Notes under the pieces: generated by a model
The model's database searches: none
Seen by the model: the letters and a program-made list of their open reading frames with translations, nothing else
What the model was told of the DNA's origin: nothing
Part shown: piece after piece, positions 15,101 through 28,379 of the stretch
Layout of the letters: each line of letters starts with the position of its first letter
Position numbering within the stretch: position 1 is the stretch's first letter
Origin: Macrostomum lignano
Taxonomy: Eukaryota
Length of the DNA: 64,000 bases
Direction: 5' to 3'
Assembly: GCA_002269645.1 (NCBI GenBank)
Contig: NIVC01002667.1
Coordinates: 1 to 64,000 of the forward strand
Made by a program: the position numbers and the translations under genes

Positions 15101-16341
15101 TGTGTCTGACTGTCTTCCTACGTCTCCATATGTCTGTCTGTATGTCTGACATACCTAGTTTTGTTTATTTAGTATTTTATCCAGCTTCCATACGTCTTGG
15201 TTTGTGAGCCAATCTTCATTTGTTTGCAAATTTTACGTATTGCAGGTTCCGGCTACCTAGAGATGAAGCTATTCGAGAGGCTGGTCCGAGGCCTCTGGCT
15301 GCCCGCTTCTAACGAGTGCCTGAAGCCCTGCTTGTAAGTTAGAGTTTCTATTCCTCTACGGTATTGAAATATTAAACACTATTCATGTGCTTTTTTTCAT
15401 AATTTGGCCTGTTGGAAATGACCCATTTGTGTATTTTTTGTACTGCAGCACCACAAAGGCCAGCTGCCTCATTGCGGCCGCCTTTCTACTAGAGAAGCTT
15501 GGCCGGCTGCCCTGCTCACACGATGGCGCCTTTCTGGCCGCTGTGCTTTCTCTGTTCTGCTTCAAGTGAGCGACAAATGTTTTTAAAAGCGCTCTCTGTG
15601 CTTATATACCCAGCGGTAGTCTTGAACCTCCTCTGGTACTGTAATCCCTCTTGGTATTGAGAGGAATTCTCTTTGGTAGCCAAACGAATCCCGTTTTTAG
15701 TTGGGTAATCCACCCTCATTCGTACTAAAGGGGATACATATTGGTAGTCAGTGGAACGCCTATTAGTACATGGGGATTTTCATGGATAGTTAGGGAATTT
15801 CTATCTTGTTAGTCGAGGGAATACCATGGTAGTCGGGGATTCTTATTTGCATGGGGAGGGGAAATCCCAATTTTGGTCAAGGGAATCCCCATTGGTGGTT
15901 AAGTATTCCCCATTGGTGGTCAGGGCCGGAATCCTATTGGTGGTTAATGGAATCCCGATTGTTGATCTGGGAAATTCCCATTGGTGGTCAGGGAAATCTT
16001 ATTTTTTGTCATTTGAGGGAAGCATCATTGGCTATTCTAATCTTAACACGCAAGAAAAAAACTGCATCTTTTTAAAATTCTCCCTTCTTTCCAGGCTGGC
16101 CTCCAAACTGCTGCACATCCACGATCCTTTCCGGCCATTTGAGAGCGTCTTCTGCACCGTCCTCCTTGGCGGCCTGGTTGACGCCATACGCCGCGCAGCC
16201 GAGAGCTCCCCGGCTACGGCCGCGGTGCCTGCCACCGGAAAGACATCAGGCGGGCAGCAGCAGCACCAGCAGCAGAAAGATGTTAGCGATGGAACAGCTA
16301 ACGGCTTGGCCAGAGACAAGGAGCAGAAGAAGAACGATTAA
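9171..16341 (+). CDS. TMEM38: Trimeric intracellular cation (TRIC) channel, about 310 aa, 6 coding exons
   Basis: Exons 9171-9309, 13733-13889, 13992-14176, 15246-15333, 15449-15565 and 16095-16341; all junctions are GT-AG and phase-consistent (933 nt). Motifs [50 protein letters not shown] and DPFRPFE match TRIC channels. Confidence 0.93.
10226..10500 (+). mobile_element. Decayed partial copy of the hAT-like MITE at 34247-34822
   Basis: Colinear alignment over more than 200 bp with 34247-34470; the differences are mostly C-to-T and G-to-A. Confidence 0.8.
10718..10979. mobile_element. Old MITE-like element with about 85-bp degenerate inverted arms
   Basis: 10718-about 10798 aligns with the reverse complement of about 10894-10979. 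No clear TSD. Confidence 0.55.
11283..12449 (+). mobile_element. Internally deleted P-superfamily DNA transposon
   Basis: Perfect 24-bp TIRs CACAGAATATACACAGAATGCCAA. Perfect 8-bp TSD GGTTAGAG at 11275-11282 and 12450-12457. Internal ORF resembles the C-terminus of a P-type transposase. Confidence 0.85.
11481..12104 (+). CDS. P-element-type transposase C-terminal fragment (207 aa; no THAP or catalytic core)
   Basis: Motifs [27 protein letters not shown] and a terminal C-rich segment with LFARLCLHH are typical of P-type transposase C-termini (recalled, not searched). The ORF lies inside the TIRs. Confidence 0.6.
   Translation: MAGKSTVNHLLGCLSQTNSNCENNNSTLLTKFQAKVIASASAPSLGPQSDGLISADSIEEAQDLPAGTVGSIENEKCAYIGGRLLFKLFKSEGKCEECQQLLKGDGSGEMRFLQLKNGQGGTGNLIIPNKAVISAVCQMECSFTTMDKELFILKDVSKWLQAKFFPIVLANIQMHSLDHGKCCAKAMAKLFARLCLHHWCNSQRMLT
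14207..15113. repeat. 16-bp minisatellite (TGTCTGACTGTCTCTG)n in TMEM38 intron 3
   Basis: Direct inspection; about 55 copies. Confidence 0.95.
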
Positions 16342-16729
16342 GATGAGCAAATCGACTTCTCGGAAACTTTTTAACCGTTGTTATCTGTTGGTTATGTTCT
16401 GGTCTGTGAGAGTTAATTGGCCGGTCATCAGTGTTTAAACCAGCCCAATTTTTATTGGCTTTTGTCAGTAATTCTAGTCTAGTAGTCTGCAATGTATTTG
16501 TAGTATTGAATTCGACCTTCGCTAATGAATCTGCATAGCGGTATTATATTATTTGTATTGTTCGTCTGAAATGAACGAATAGATGCTTGTTAGCTTGGAA
16601 GCAAGCTCGGTACCATTTAACCTTCTTTCTGACTGCCGACTTTCAGCCCCTAATTTTTTTAGTCACCATACGAACACTTATGATTACGAATTTGCAAATC
16701 AAATCAGTCTCAATCATTTAAAGTCGAAT

Positions 16730-17153
16730 GCTCACCCCACTTCGTCTCTCTAACCTCTTGCGTACTCTACAGTCGCCCACTCCACTTCGTCTCTCTAACC
16801 CCTTGCGTACTCTACAGCCGCCCACCCCACTCCGCCTCTCTAACCCCTTGCGTACTCTACAGCCGCCCATCCCCACTTCGCCTCTAGCCCCTTGCGTACT
16901 CTACAGTAGCCCATCCCCACTCCGCCTCTCTAACCCCTTGCGCACTCTACAGCCACCCACCCCACTCCGCTTCTCTAACCCCTTGCGCACTCTACAGCCA
17001 CCCACCCCACTCCGCCTCTCTGACCCCTTGCGTACTCTACAGCCGCCCACTCCACTCCGCCTCTCTAACCCCCTGCGTACTCTACAGCCGCCCACTCCAC
17101 TCCGCCTCTCTAACCCCCTGCGTACTCTACAGCCGCCCACCCCACTCCGCCTC
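16730..17153. repeat. 45-bp minisatellite, about 9 copies
   Basis: Unit CCCCACTCCGCCTCTCTAACCCCTTGCGTACTCTACAGCCGCCCA. Confidence 0.93.
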
Positions 17154-17819
17154 AACCATTTTCGCCACTTATTGATCATGGCTAGCTCGTAACAGTGCAA
17201 ATTTCCTTGTTCATTTTTCAAGGCTACGCAATCGATCGTAGCGGGGCTAAAGTCCGAAATCTGGCCCAATTTGCCAGCAAGTTCGATCCTCGCATTATTT
17301 TCATGCAACATCTTGCTGCTTTCGATATTTATTGTTCGTTTCTTTTTTTCTAATCATTTTCTAGTTTAGCAGACCGCTGTTCATTGTTGTACTTTAAAAA
17401 TGAGTTTCGAATAAAAATTTTCGATAACATTTTTGACTAATTTTGTTAGTTATCGACCGAAGCTTCTAGTACTTTTAGTCAGTATGACCTCGCCACACCT
17501 GTTTTTGGGACATGCCTTTTGCTGTGTACACCTGTCGCTTTTGATCGCATTATGTTTGTGTGTGGGTGTGGTAGCTTTTTACCCGTGTTTTTTAGTCATA
17601 TCCTACAGCAGGCATATCAACCAGTATTAGTTTGCAGTATTAGACAGTCGCGCATGCAGTGCATCTACTTGCTTACCCGTCTATACTGTAGTTTGTGGCC
17701 TTGCTTATTCTTTTCTTCCGGTTTCCTATCAGAACAATAAAACCTTTTTTTACCCAAAGATTCTGCCGCTTTTTTGCTCATAGGCTTTGCGTTTTTATTC
17801 GCGATTACAGTGAAATAGA

Positions 17820-17844
17820 CTGTGTCTGTCTGTCTGTCTGTCTC

Positions 17845-17875
<31 letters not shown>

Positions 17876-17878
17876 GCC

Positions 17879-17947
<69 letters not shown>

Positions 17948-18050
17948 GCCTCTCTGTCTGTCTGCCTGTCTGTCTGTCTGCCTGTCCTTCCGTCTGTCTG
18001 TCTGCCTGTCTGTCTGTCTGTCCTTCCGTCTGTCTGTCTGTTTGTCTGTC
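17820..18050. repeat. (GTCT)n microsatellite
   Basis: Direct inspection. Confidence 0.95.
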
Positions 18051-18284
18051 TAGAATTCAGCAAGTCAGTATTCTCAGTTCCTCAGTTAATGTCAATGCTC
18101 CCACAGCTCTAGCATTTAACGGTCCCGTCTATTTGCATGCTGGTCAGATTCATTGCACCGCCGAGCTCCCCAGCGTCAGAGTGAGTAGACAACAGCCCGA
18201 CAGCACGGAGAGGAGAATCGCAGGACTCCGCCACCGCCTGATGCTCTTAATCAGCAGCAGTGGCAGCCGCCCAGCTCAGCCAGG

Positions 18285-21200
18285 ATGAAGCGGGCTGAAC
18301 CCAGCAGCAGCGGCGGCGGCGGCCCAGCCGCGGAGGAGTCGCTCATGACGGTAGTGCAGGACATGAGCCGCCAATTAGAAGAGAAAGCCGACCGATTAAA
18401 TCTGCGCTCGTCAAGCGTCAGACGAATCATCAAGGAGGTGCTGAGCGATCAGGACGTGGTAAGCATGTTTCGCGAGTACCTCAGCTGCGACAAGCCGCCC
18501 GCTGCGGCCTACGAGCCGAAGCTCACCCGCAGTCAGGTGAAGCGGATCTGCTTGGACTCGGCTGCGGCCGCTTCGTCAGCTTCAGCTGTTGAAGCCAACG
18601 CCGATCGCGAGGACGCCGCCCTCGACGATAACGACAACGACGACAATGACGATGAGGACGACGACGAAGAAGACGACGGAGATTATGTTGTGGCCGAGGA
18701 CGAGGAGGACGACAAAGACGACGAAGAAGAAGACGAAGATGAAGACGATGACGTCACTGTCGCAAATAAGTGCGGCGACAAGGACTTGCCAGCGACACCT
18801 GTCTCCGCTGCCGCCGACGACGACGCCGTCGCCGCCTCTGCGACCTACGCAACTCGTTCGCGCTGTCCGATTCCGGACTTCTCTTGGGAGAAATACGAAG
18901 AGGCCATACTGAAGAGCGACTTCTATTTGGGCGACTTTGCTGTGAGCGTCTCTGGGTCTTTGAGAGGCCTATGTTCAGAACCTAGTGTCCCATCCTGAGG
19001 ATCACCTGACAGGATCAAATAGGCGGTGTCCCATCCTGGGGATCACCTGACAGGATCAAATAGACGGTGTCCCATCCTGGGGATCACCTGACAGGATCAA
19101 ATGTCCAGCTCCAGAATCAGGTGTCTCATCCTGGGGATCACCTGACAGGATTAAATAGGCGGTGTCCCATCCTGAGGATCACCTGACAGGATCAAATAGG
19201 CGGTGTCCCATCCTGGGGATCACCTGACAGGATCAAATAGGCGGTGTCCCATCCTGGAGATCACCTGACAGGATCAAATAGGCGGTGTCCCATCCTGGGG
19301 ATCACCTGACAGGATCAAATAGGCGGTGTCCCATCCTGGAGATCACCTGACAGGATCAAATAGGCGGTGTCCCATCCTGAGGATCACCTGACAGGATCAA
19401 ATAGGCGGTGTCCCATCCTGGAGATCACCTGACAGGATAAAATAGGCGGTGTCCCATCCTGAGGATCACCTGACAGGATCAAATAGGCGGTGTCCCATCC
19501 TGGAGATCACCTGACAGGATCAAATAGACGGTGTCCCATCCTGGGGATCACCTGACAGGATCAAATGTCCAGCTTCAGAATCAGGTGTCCAATCCTGGGG
19601 ATCACCTGACAGGATCAAATAGACGGTGTCCCATCCTGGGGATCACCTGACAGGATCAAATGTCCAGCTCCAGAATCAGGTGTCCCATCCTGGGGATCAC
19701 CTGACATGATCAAATAGGCGGTGTCCCATCCTGGGGATCACCTGACAGGATCAAATAGGCGGTGTCCCATCCTGGGGATCACCTGACAGGATCAAATAGG
19801 CGGTGTCCCATCCTGGGGATCACCTGACAGGATCAAATAGGCGGTGTCCCATCCTGGGGATCACCTGACAGTATCAAATAGGCGGTGTCCCATCCTGGGG
19901 ATCACCTGACAGGATCAAATGTCCAGCTCCAGAATCAGGTGTCCCATCTTAAGGATCATCGCATTTCATCCAGCTCGACGACGTGGACTTGGACGCCGAT
20001 GCAGTGTCGGCTTCGATTCAGCCGTCCAGTCAGTCGCAGACGCAGCAGCAGCAGCCGCCGCCTCTGCTCTCGACGCCGCCGCCAAGCGGCGCGCCGTTGG
20101 ACGACATCGGCGCGGTCAAAGCCGAGGACGCCGCCATCTTTGATGAGGACGACGTGGAGTTTCGTAATTTCCTACGCGACATCTATCTGGACCGCATCGA
20201 GGTGGCCGACCCGCCCAATGAGGCCGAGGAGGACGCCGATTTTAACGTGATGGCCGAGCCGGAGGAGGCGTACCAGGAGGACTTCGTTGAGGATCTGCGC
20301 TACAACCGGGCGTCTAGGATTCCCAAGCGGGAGGTTCGGGATTTGCTTGACGAGATTTGCAGCGACCTGGTGAGCTGGACGCGAACTGAACTTGGGATGG
20401 GGTAGGTGGATTGCTAGTCTAGTCTATTTTAAAAGAATTATAGTGGATTGCTAATCTAGCCAACTTAAAGAAATACTGATTGCTGGGGTTGCTAGTCTAG
20501 CCATTTCTTAGAGAGGTATCATGTATTGCTAGCCTATCCAACTTGTAAGGATACCAGTGGATTGCTAGCCTATCCAACTTGTAAGGATATAACGGATTGC
20601 TAGCCTATCCAACTTGTAAGGATACCAATGGATTGCTAGCCTATCCAACTTGTAAGGATATAATGGATTGCTAGCCTATCCAACTTGTAAGGATATAATG
20701 GATTGCTAGACTATCCAACTTGTAAGGATATAATGGATTGCTAGCCTAGCCGACTTGTAAGGATATAATGGATTGCTAGCCTAGCCAACTTGTAAGGATA
20801 TAATGGATTGCTAGCCTAGCCGACTTGTAAGGATATAATGGATTGCTAGCCTAGCCGACTTGTAAGGATACAATGGATTGCTAGCCTACCTGCGCCACTC
20901 GCACTAGCTCCTCAAGCCTCTCTCATCCCCTCTTCCCCAACAGTTCGACTCGCAGCTGTCCGCCGGCCGCCATCTCCAGCAGCAGGCCGGCGCGTCCTCC
21001 CCGCCCCAGCCGCTGTCCCAGGACGATCAGGAGGAGGCGACAGCCGAACCGGAGTGTTTGCTGCAGCCCTGCGCGGTGGAAGACCTCAGCCAGGAGCAGC
21101 GAGTGGAGCTGAAAAAACAGCTCACAATGTACGTGCAGCTGTTATGCACCATGCGCATCACCTGCCATCAGCAGTCGCCTGAGCTGGCCGACTCGGCTAA

Positions 21201-24200
21201 GGTGCATCTCAACGAATTAAAGCTGCTAGCCGATGCTTACGAAGCCGCTAATCCGGCGAATACTTCGATCCTGCGCGTGGCCAATCTCGATGGCGCCGTT
21301 TCGCTGGCTGACAATTTTGCCGGGCTCAGCGACACCGATCTGCTAGTGTGCTACAGCCGCCCCAGTCGCTCCCTGAGCTCCCGGTCCGACTGTACAGCTG
21401 ATGAATTAGCGGAATCTACTTATCTAATGCCGCCTCAGCTGTGCAACCTGTTCCTGACCTCTTCCGTGTTCCCCTACGCCCAGCTGTTCCCGCCCGGCAT
21501 GTCCGCCTCTGTTTGCCGGTCAAAGCGGACCGTCTTCACGCCTAGCGAGGACCGCCTGCTGCTGCTCGGCCTCACTCAGTTCGGTCATCGAAGAGACGTG
21601 TTCCAACTGATTAGCAAGTACACCATGCCCTGGCGCAGCCAGGTTGCTATCAGCGCCAGGTGTGTCTATTTGAGCAAGCTGCAATCTTTGCTGTTTAGAG
21701 ATTCGCTCTGTCCGGCTCGAGTGCTGACCAGGTGAGAATTATCTTTTATAGGATCAGATATAATCATTGGTAGGACCATTATCAGTTGGATCAATGTCTA
21801 TGGGATCAGGACCTGTGGGATCAGGATCTGTGGGATCAGGACCTGTGGGATCAGGATCTGTGGGATCAGGACCTGTGGGATCAGGATCTGTGGGATCAGG
21901 ATCTGTGGGATCAGGACCTGTGGGATCAGGATCTGTGGGATCAGGATCTGTGGTATCAGGATCTGTGGGATCAGGATCTGTGGGATCAGAATCTGTGGGA
22001 TCAATGTCTATTGGATCAGAATCTGTGGGATCAATGTCTATTGGATCAGAATCTGTGGGATCAGGATCTGTGGGATCAGGATCTGTGGGATCAGGACCTG
22101 TGGGATCAGGATCTGTGGGATCAGGACCTGTGGGATCAGGATCTGTGGGATCAGGATCTGTGGGATCAGGATCTGTGGGATCAGGATCTGTGGTATCAGG
22201 ATCTGTGGGATCAGGATCTGTGGGATCAATGTCTATTGGATCAGAATCTGTGGGATCAGGATCTGTGGGATCAGGATCTGTGGGATCAGGATCTGTGGAA
22301 TCAGGATCTGTGGTATCAGGATCTGTGGGATCAGGCTCAGTGGGATCAATGTCTATGGGATCAGGACCTGTGGGATCAGGATCTGTGGGATCAGGATCTG
22401 TGGGATCAATGTCTATTGGATCGGAATCTGTGGGATCAGGATCTGTGGAATCAGGATCTGTGGGATCAGGATCAGTGGGATCAATGTCTATGGGATCAGA
22501 ATCTGTGGGATCAGAATCTGTGGGATCAATGTCTATGGGATCAGGATCTGTGGGATCAATGTCTATGGGATCAGGATCTGTGGGATCAATGTCTATGGGA
22601 TCAGAATCTGTGGGATCAGAATCTGTGGGATCAGGATCTGTGGGATCAATTTCTATGGGATCAGAATCTGTGGGATCAATTTCTATGGGATCAGAATCTG
22701 TGGGATCAATGTCTATGGGATCAGAATCTATGGGATCAGAATCTGTGGGATCAGGATCTGTGGGATTAATTTCTATGGGATCAGAATCTGTGGGATCAGA
22801 ATCTGTGGGATCAGAATCTGTGGGATCAGAATCTGTGGGATCAATGTCTATGGGATCAGAATCTGTGGAATCAATGTCTATGGGATCAGAATCTGTGGAA
22901 TCAATTTCTATGGGATCAGAATCTGTGGGATCAGAATCTGTGGGATCAGAATCTGTGGGATCAGAATCTGTGGGATCAATGTCTATGGGATCAGAATCTG
23001 TGGGATCAGGATCTGTGGGATCAATGTCTATTGGATCAGAATCTGTGGGATCAGGATCTGTGGTATCAGGATCTGTGTGATCAGGCTCAGTGGGATCAAT
23101 GTCTATGGGATCAGGACCTGTGGGATCAGGATCTGTGGGATCAGGATCTGTGGGATCAATGTCTATTGGATCAGAATCTGTGGGATCAGGATCTGTGGAA
23201 TCAGGATCTGTGGGATCAGGATCAGTGGGATCAATGTCTATGGGATCAGGACCTGTGGGATCAGGATCTGTGGAATCAGGATCTATGGGATCAGAATCTG
23301 TGGGATCAATGTCTATGGGATCAGAATCTATGGGATCAGAATCTGTGGGATCAATTTCTATGGGATCAGAATCTGTGGGATCAATGTCTATGGGATCAGG
23401 ATCTGTGGGATCAATGTCTATGGAATACCTTTGAGATCAAAATGAGTCACTGGGGATCAAAATAATCCACGCCAAATCAAACCCGAACAGATCCCTAATT
23501 ATCAGCTGCCTACGCCGGCGACAGCACCTGCTCTCAGCCGCATCCCAGCCCCAAGCGGGCAAGTCCGCGGCCCCAAGCTCACCGCCGCCCGACCCTAAGC
23601 AGTCTGAGCCGGACTCAATCGATTTGAACTTTTGCCAATCCAACTGGATCAACTCCGTGCCGATTCTAACCGACTGCGTGCTGGACCGACCAGCCGACTG
23701 GTGCCACCTACCGCAGCTGTTCCGCCAGCACCTGCTGCTTGAGCGGCCCCACCTTCGCGGCCAGCTGCTGAAACCAACGGAGCCGAACCCGCTGGAGCGG
23801 GACACCGCCAATGATCAGGCTAACAAGCTGTTCAAACGCTGCCGGATACTGTTTAAAGATATGCGACACGAACGGCTGCTAGGCGTGCGACTGCTCTGGC
23901 GCGATCCTCAGATGGCCGCGGTTGTTCCGGCGTCGTTGAATCCGCCGCCGCAGTCGCTGCCGCGCCGACGCCGCGGTCCGAAGAGGCGGCGGGTTTCCGG
24001 CCACCCTATGACCATTCGGCAGGCCCTGCTGGCCAGCGGTCGCCGGCCGCACGACCGCTCGCCGACTCGGCTGCTGATGCCACGGATTTCGTCCGTGTCG
24101 GGCTCGCAGCAGCCGCCAGCCCAGCTGCCCTCCCCGCCCATCTTAGACACCGCTTCTGCAGAGTGCGCCAATCAGGTTAAGAAGAAAGTCAAAGACTACT

Positions 24201-24432
24201 TGCTGAGTAGAATGCGGATGAAGTCGGGCAATTTCTCTTCATCTGACATGCCGCCGCAGCCTCCGCCACAGCCTCCACCGCCGCCGCCGCCACCGCCTGC
24301 CGTCATGGCGAAATCCTGCCGCTTAATTCTACCCAAGCCTCCGTCTGTGCAGGCGTCTACAGCCGACACTTGTCAAATTGCATCCGATTTGATCCTGTCC
24401 GAGCTGCGCTCCCGGCGCAGGGATCAGCAGGT

Positions 24433-24465
<33 letters not shown>

Positions 24466-27400
24466 TATGCCAGCCCTAGTTCTAGCCCTGCAGTCGTCGC
24501 AAGCGTCATCGGCGTCTTCATCGTTGTTGTCGTTTCTATCAGGTCTGCAGGCGACCAACTGCATGGAGACGTCGATTAGTCCGCCGGCCGGCTGCAACGC
24601 CGACCTTCCGACCGACGACGCTATTGCCATGGCGGCGCCAGCCGCGGCGGCTGACGACTATCAGATTCAGTCGCCGTTGCCGCCGCCTCCAGCGTCGATC
24701 GCTGCTGCAGAATTATCCGTTGACACTAACCAGCCGCCAGCGACACAACCAAAAATGGAATTGGACGATGATGCAGTTATAGACGATAAAGACGCTGTCG
24801 ATTTATCGCCGGAGACCATACCGACGCTTAGTTGCTTGCCGTATCTGTCCGAGTTTTTGCAGTCTAACACCTTTAGAGAGCTGCGGCGCGGTCGGTAAGT
24901 ATCCAGGGTGAGGAACGCTTCATAGGGATCAGGATTTGGGATCACAATCTGGGACCAGAATCCTGGGGATCAGAATTTGGGATCACAATCTAGGATCAGA
25001 ATCCTGGGATCAGGATTTGGGATCACAATCTGGGACCAGAATCCTGGGGATCAGAATTTGGGATCACAATCTAGGATCAGAATCCTGGAGATCAGAATCC
25101 TGGGGATCAGAATCCTGGGGATCAGAATCCTGGGGATCAGAATCCTGGGGATCAGAATCCTGAGGATCAGAATCCTGGGGATCAGAATCCTGGGGATCAG
25201 AATCCTGGGGATCAGAATCCTGGGGATCAGAATCCTGGGGATCAGAATCCTGGGGATCAGAATCCTGGGGATCAGAATCCTGGGGATCAGAATCCTAGGG
25301 ATCTTCTCGATCAGAATCCTGGGGATCAGAATCCTGGGGATCAGAATCCTAGGGATCTTCTCGATCAGAATCCTGGGGATCAGAATCCTGGGGATCAGAA
25401 TCCTGGGGATCAGAATCCTAGGGATCTTCTCGATCAGAATCGAGAAGATCAGAACCCAGGGACCAAGATCCATCCTACACATTAGGATGCAAGTGATCAG
25501 AATCCATTTGATAAGGATTTTACTGTTCTCATTACCTCAGAAGTTAGCATCATAATTCAGAGAAATAATGCATGAAGGCTATTGCTTTTAATCCTATGAA
25601 TAAAAATCCCTAACACGCGTTCATCTTCTCAGCTGGAAACCGGGCCGCAGCGGCCGCCTGGACCAGGAGAATCTGGATCAGCTGGTCACTGACGACCTGT
25701 GCGAATCCGGCGGCGCCGATGACGACCGCGACATCGAATTTGCGTCCGCCTTCCTGCGTTGCCTGCGCACAGAGCTGAGCTCGACGCCGGAGGCCTACTG
25801 GGAAGCGCTGCAGACAATTGGCCGGCTGGCGGAGACTCCCGACTTGGACCAGGTAGGGCGGCTGCTTGTGTTTGGTTTAACAAATCGCCCTTCTATAGCT
25901 TAGAAATTCGCCATTCAGTAGCTTAGAGATTCGCCATTCAGTAGCTTAGAGAATCGCCATTCAGTAGCCTAAAGAATCGCCATTCAGTAGCCTAGAGAAT
26001 CGCCATTCAGTAGCTTAGAGATTCGCCATTCAGTAGCTTAAAGAATCGCCATTCAGTAGCCTAAAGAATCGCCATTCAGTAGCCTAAAGAATCGCCATTC
26101 AGTAGCTTAGAGAATCGCCATTCAGTAGCCTAAAGAATCGCCATTCAGCAGCCTAAAGAATCGCCATTCAGCAGCTTAGAGATTCGCCATTCCGTTGCTT
26201 AGAGACTGGACTGAGGCTACTGAGATCGCCACTCCGCACACCCCTCCCTACTCAGGTGAGCTTCTACCGCTCCGCGCTGTCTGCTCTGCCCGCCCACGCC
26301 GGCTGCTCCCGCAGCATGCTGGCCGGTTTCGTCTCCGTGGAAACGGCGCTCCTCGTTGACGCCCTGCCGGACCACCTGAGCGTGTGGCGCAACCGCTGCC
26401 TTGTCCGCAAGATTCACCGCCAACTGCGGGAGCAGCGCTGCAAATCGCCCATTGTGCTGCACAGATTTGAAAAGTCCCTGGCCCGTTGGATGTCCACGGC
26501 CAGTTCAATCCCCGACGATAACCGACTAGCCAGGCTGATTGACGATTTGGACACTACGTTCAAGTACTTTCCCTACTGCTTGTCCGAGACTCTGTCCCAG
26601 TTTCCCGAGGTGCCCAACTTTGCCGAGTCCAGGGACGCGTTCGAGTATGTCGACTTGACGTCTTCGCAGCCTTCTGCCGCGACCACGGCATCGGCGGCGC
26701 CGTCCACTGAGGATTTCGCTCGGCGTCCCCGCGACAGCGTATTCGAATGCCTGCCGGAGAGCCTCGGCCTGCACGAGGATCGCTCGTTGAGCTGTTCGTG
26801 CGCCTGTCACGTGACTACTCCGACTAATCTAGCCGAGGCGCAGAAGTCCAAGGAGTCCGGTAGTTCGGCCGCGACCATTCCGGGTGAACGTCGGGTACTT
26901 CGCCACTGCGACAACTGCGCCCTGGTGTCCAGGCATCACATGCTGCTAGTTGAAAAGCTGGAGTCCCGCCGGCTGCGACACTATGACTACGCGTGCGTGC
27001 ACTTTCCGCCGGAGTTCCGTCCCAGATCGGATCTGCCACCGGCGCCTCAAGTGAGCTACACGAACTCTTGATCGTGTTCTTCCACCTCTGTGACCTCCAG
27101 GGATCTCGTAGCCTCATGACACCTTGGTCTCATGACCCCTTGACCTCATGACCCCTTGACCTCATGAGCCCTGACCTCATGACCCCTTGGTCTCATGACC
27201 CCTTGACCTCATGACCCCTTGACCTCATAACCCCTTGGTCTCATGAGCCCTGACCTCATGACCCCTTGTGCTCATGACCGATTGACATCATGACCCCTTG
27301 ACCTCATGACCCCTTGGTCTCATGAGCCTTGACCTCATGACCCCTTGACCTCTTGAGCCCTTGACCGCATGACCACTTGACCCCATGACCTACCTGTGTG

Positions 27401-28289
27401 ACGTCAAGTGGACGTCATGACTTTTCTCTCTATGACCTCGAGGCGTCGTCATAACCCCTTGCCTCCGGGCTCTCTATGACCTCGAAGTGATCTCGGGTCA
27501 TCTGTTCATCTTATAAATTATTTCATGACCCTTTAATCCAAAGTATGAGTAGATCTATGATCCTATGCACGTGTATAACGATGTCCGCTTCTTTAGGTGG
27601 ACGCCGAGGTGGTGGTCCCCGCCTACCGGCCGGCTTCTTCGATCCAGCAGCGACGCCAGCAACCCACTGGAGGCGTCGGCAGCGGCAGCAGCGGCGGTGG
27701 TGGCGGCGCTAGCGGCAGAGACAACACCGGAAGCGGCGGCGGCGTCGGCGGTGGCTGCGGCGGCCAGCCTCGGCATCGTCAGCAGCATCGAACCGCCGAG
27801 TCGGCCGCCCTACTCGAGGAGACCTTCGCCGTCACCATCCGGGCCGCGGCGCTGTACGCGGACGCCGAGGAAGACGACGACGAGATTTCCGCCGCCGGCG
27901 CTTCTTCCTCTGTTGACGCCGGCGCCGCCAACGCCGTCGTTGAGGTCGAATCCTCGACGACAACCCGGTGCGGCCCGGCGTCCGCCATGACACCGCACGA
28001 ATACGAGCTGGCCGAGCGTCGGCGGCCTCTGTTCGAACCGTCGGCGTCGAGGCGGCGCCTGGCTGACCGAGCCTGGACGGAGGCGGAGGACCGGGCGATC
28101 CTTCAGCACTGCCAGGCCAACGGCTTCTCCTCCGGCGCTTTCCGCTGCCTGAGCGAGCGCCTGCTGGACAATCGTACGGTTGAAAGCGTCCGGCAGCGCT
28201 TCCGCTTGCTGATGCGCTCCTACCTGGCCGCCCAGGGCGCCGAGTACTCCACCTCCGATATGGACGAATTGAGCGACTGCGACGAGTGA
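18285..28289 (+). CDS. GON4L: GON-4-like transcriptional co-regulator (PAH and C-terminal Myb/SANT domains), about 1645 aa, 7 coding exons
   Basis: Exons 18285-18941, 19974-20369, 20944-21731, 23506-24894, 25633-25852, 26256-27050 and 27597-28289; GT-AG, phase-consistent (4938 nt). GON4L-like motifs: [59 protein letters not shown]-like [12 protein letters not shown], and [27 protein letters not shown]. Confidence 0.85.
18985..19950. repeat. 41-bp minisatellite in GON4L intron 1
   Basis: Unit GTGTCCCATCCTGGGGATCACCTGACAGGATCAAATAGGCG, with a recurring variant linker. Confidence 0.95.
20525..20888. repeat. 35-bp minisatellite in GON4L intron 2
   Basis: Unit GGATTGCTAGCCTATCCAACTTGTAAGGATATAAT. 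Confidence 0.93.
21775..23420. repeat. 15-bp minisatellite in GON4L intron 3
   Basis: Unit GGGATCAGGATCTGT and variants, about 110 copies. Confidence 0.95.
24925..25440. repeat. 15-bp minisatellite in GON4L intron 4
   Basis: Unit TGGGGATCAGAATCC and variants. Confidence 0.93.
25900..26195. repeat. 23-bp minisatellite in GON4L intron 5
   Basis: Unit GAATCGCCATTCAGTAGCCTAAA. Confidence 0.93.
27110..27390. repeat. About 16-bp minisatellite in GON4L intron 6
   Basis: Unit GACCTCATGACCCCTT. Confidence 0.9.
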
Positions 28290-28379
28290 CCCGAGTCTCG
28301 GATACGAACTGTGACGTACTTTTATTGATGTACTTTCCGTTCTAATGGTCTGTTTCATCTGTGTCATCACTCTGTTTCA

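Noticed and set aside
14142-15152. Long repetitive ORFs from arrays (for example 14142-15152, 21767-23080, 29364-31822, 46685-48785, 50712-51776, 53963-55696, 61244-63558)
   Set aside because: They are translations of minisatellites, open in several frames and on both strands, and mostly inside introns of well-supported genes.
18985-19950. CRISPR-like appearance of repeat arrays with variable linkers (also 42815-43415)
   Set aside because: Linkers are themselves repeated variants rather than unique spacers, there are no cas genes, and the context is a eukaryotic intron or 3' flank.
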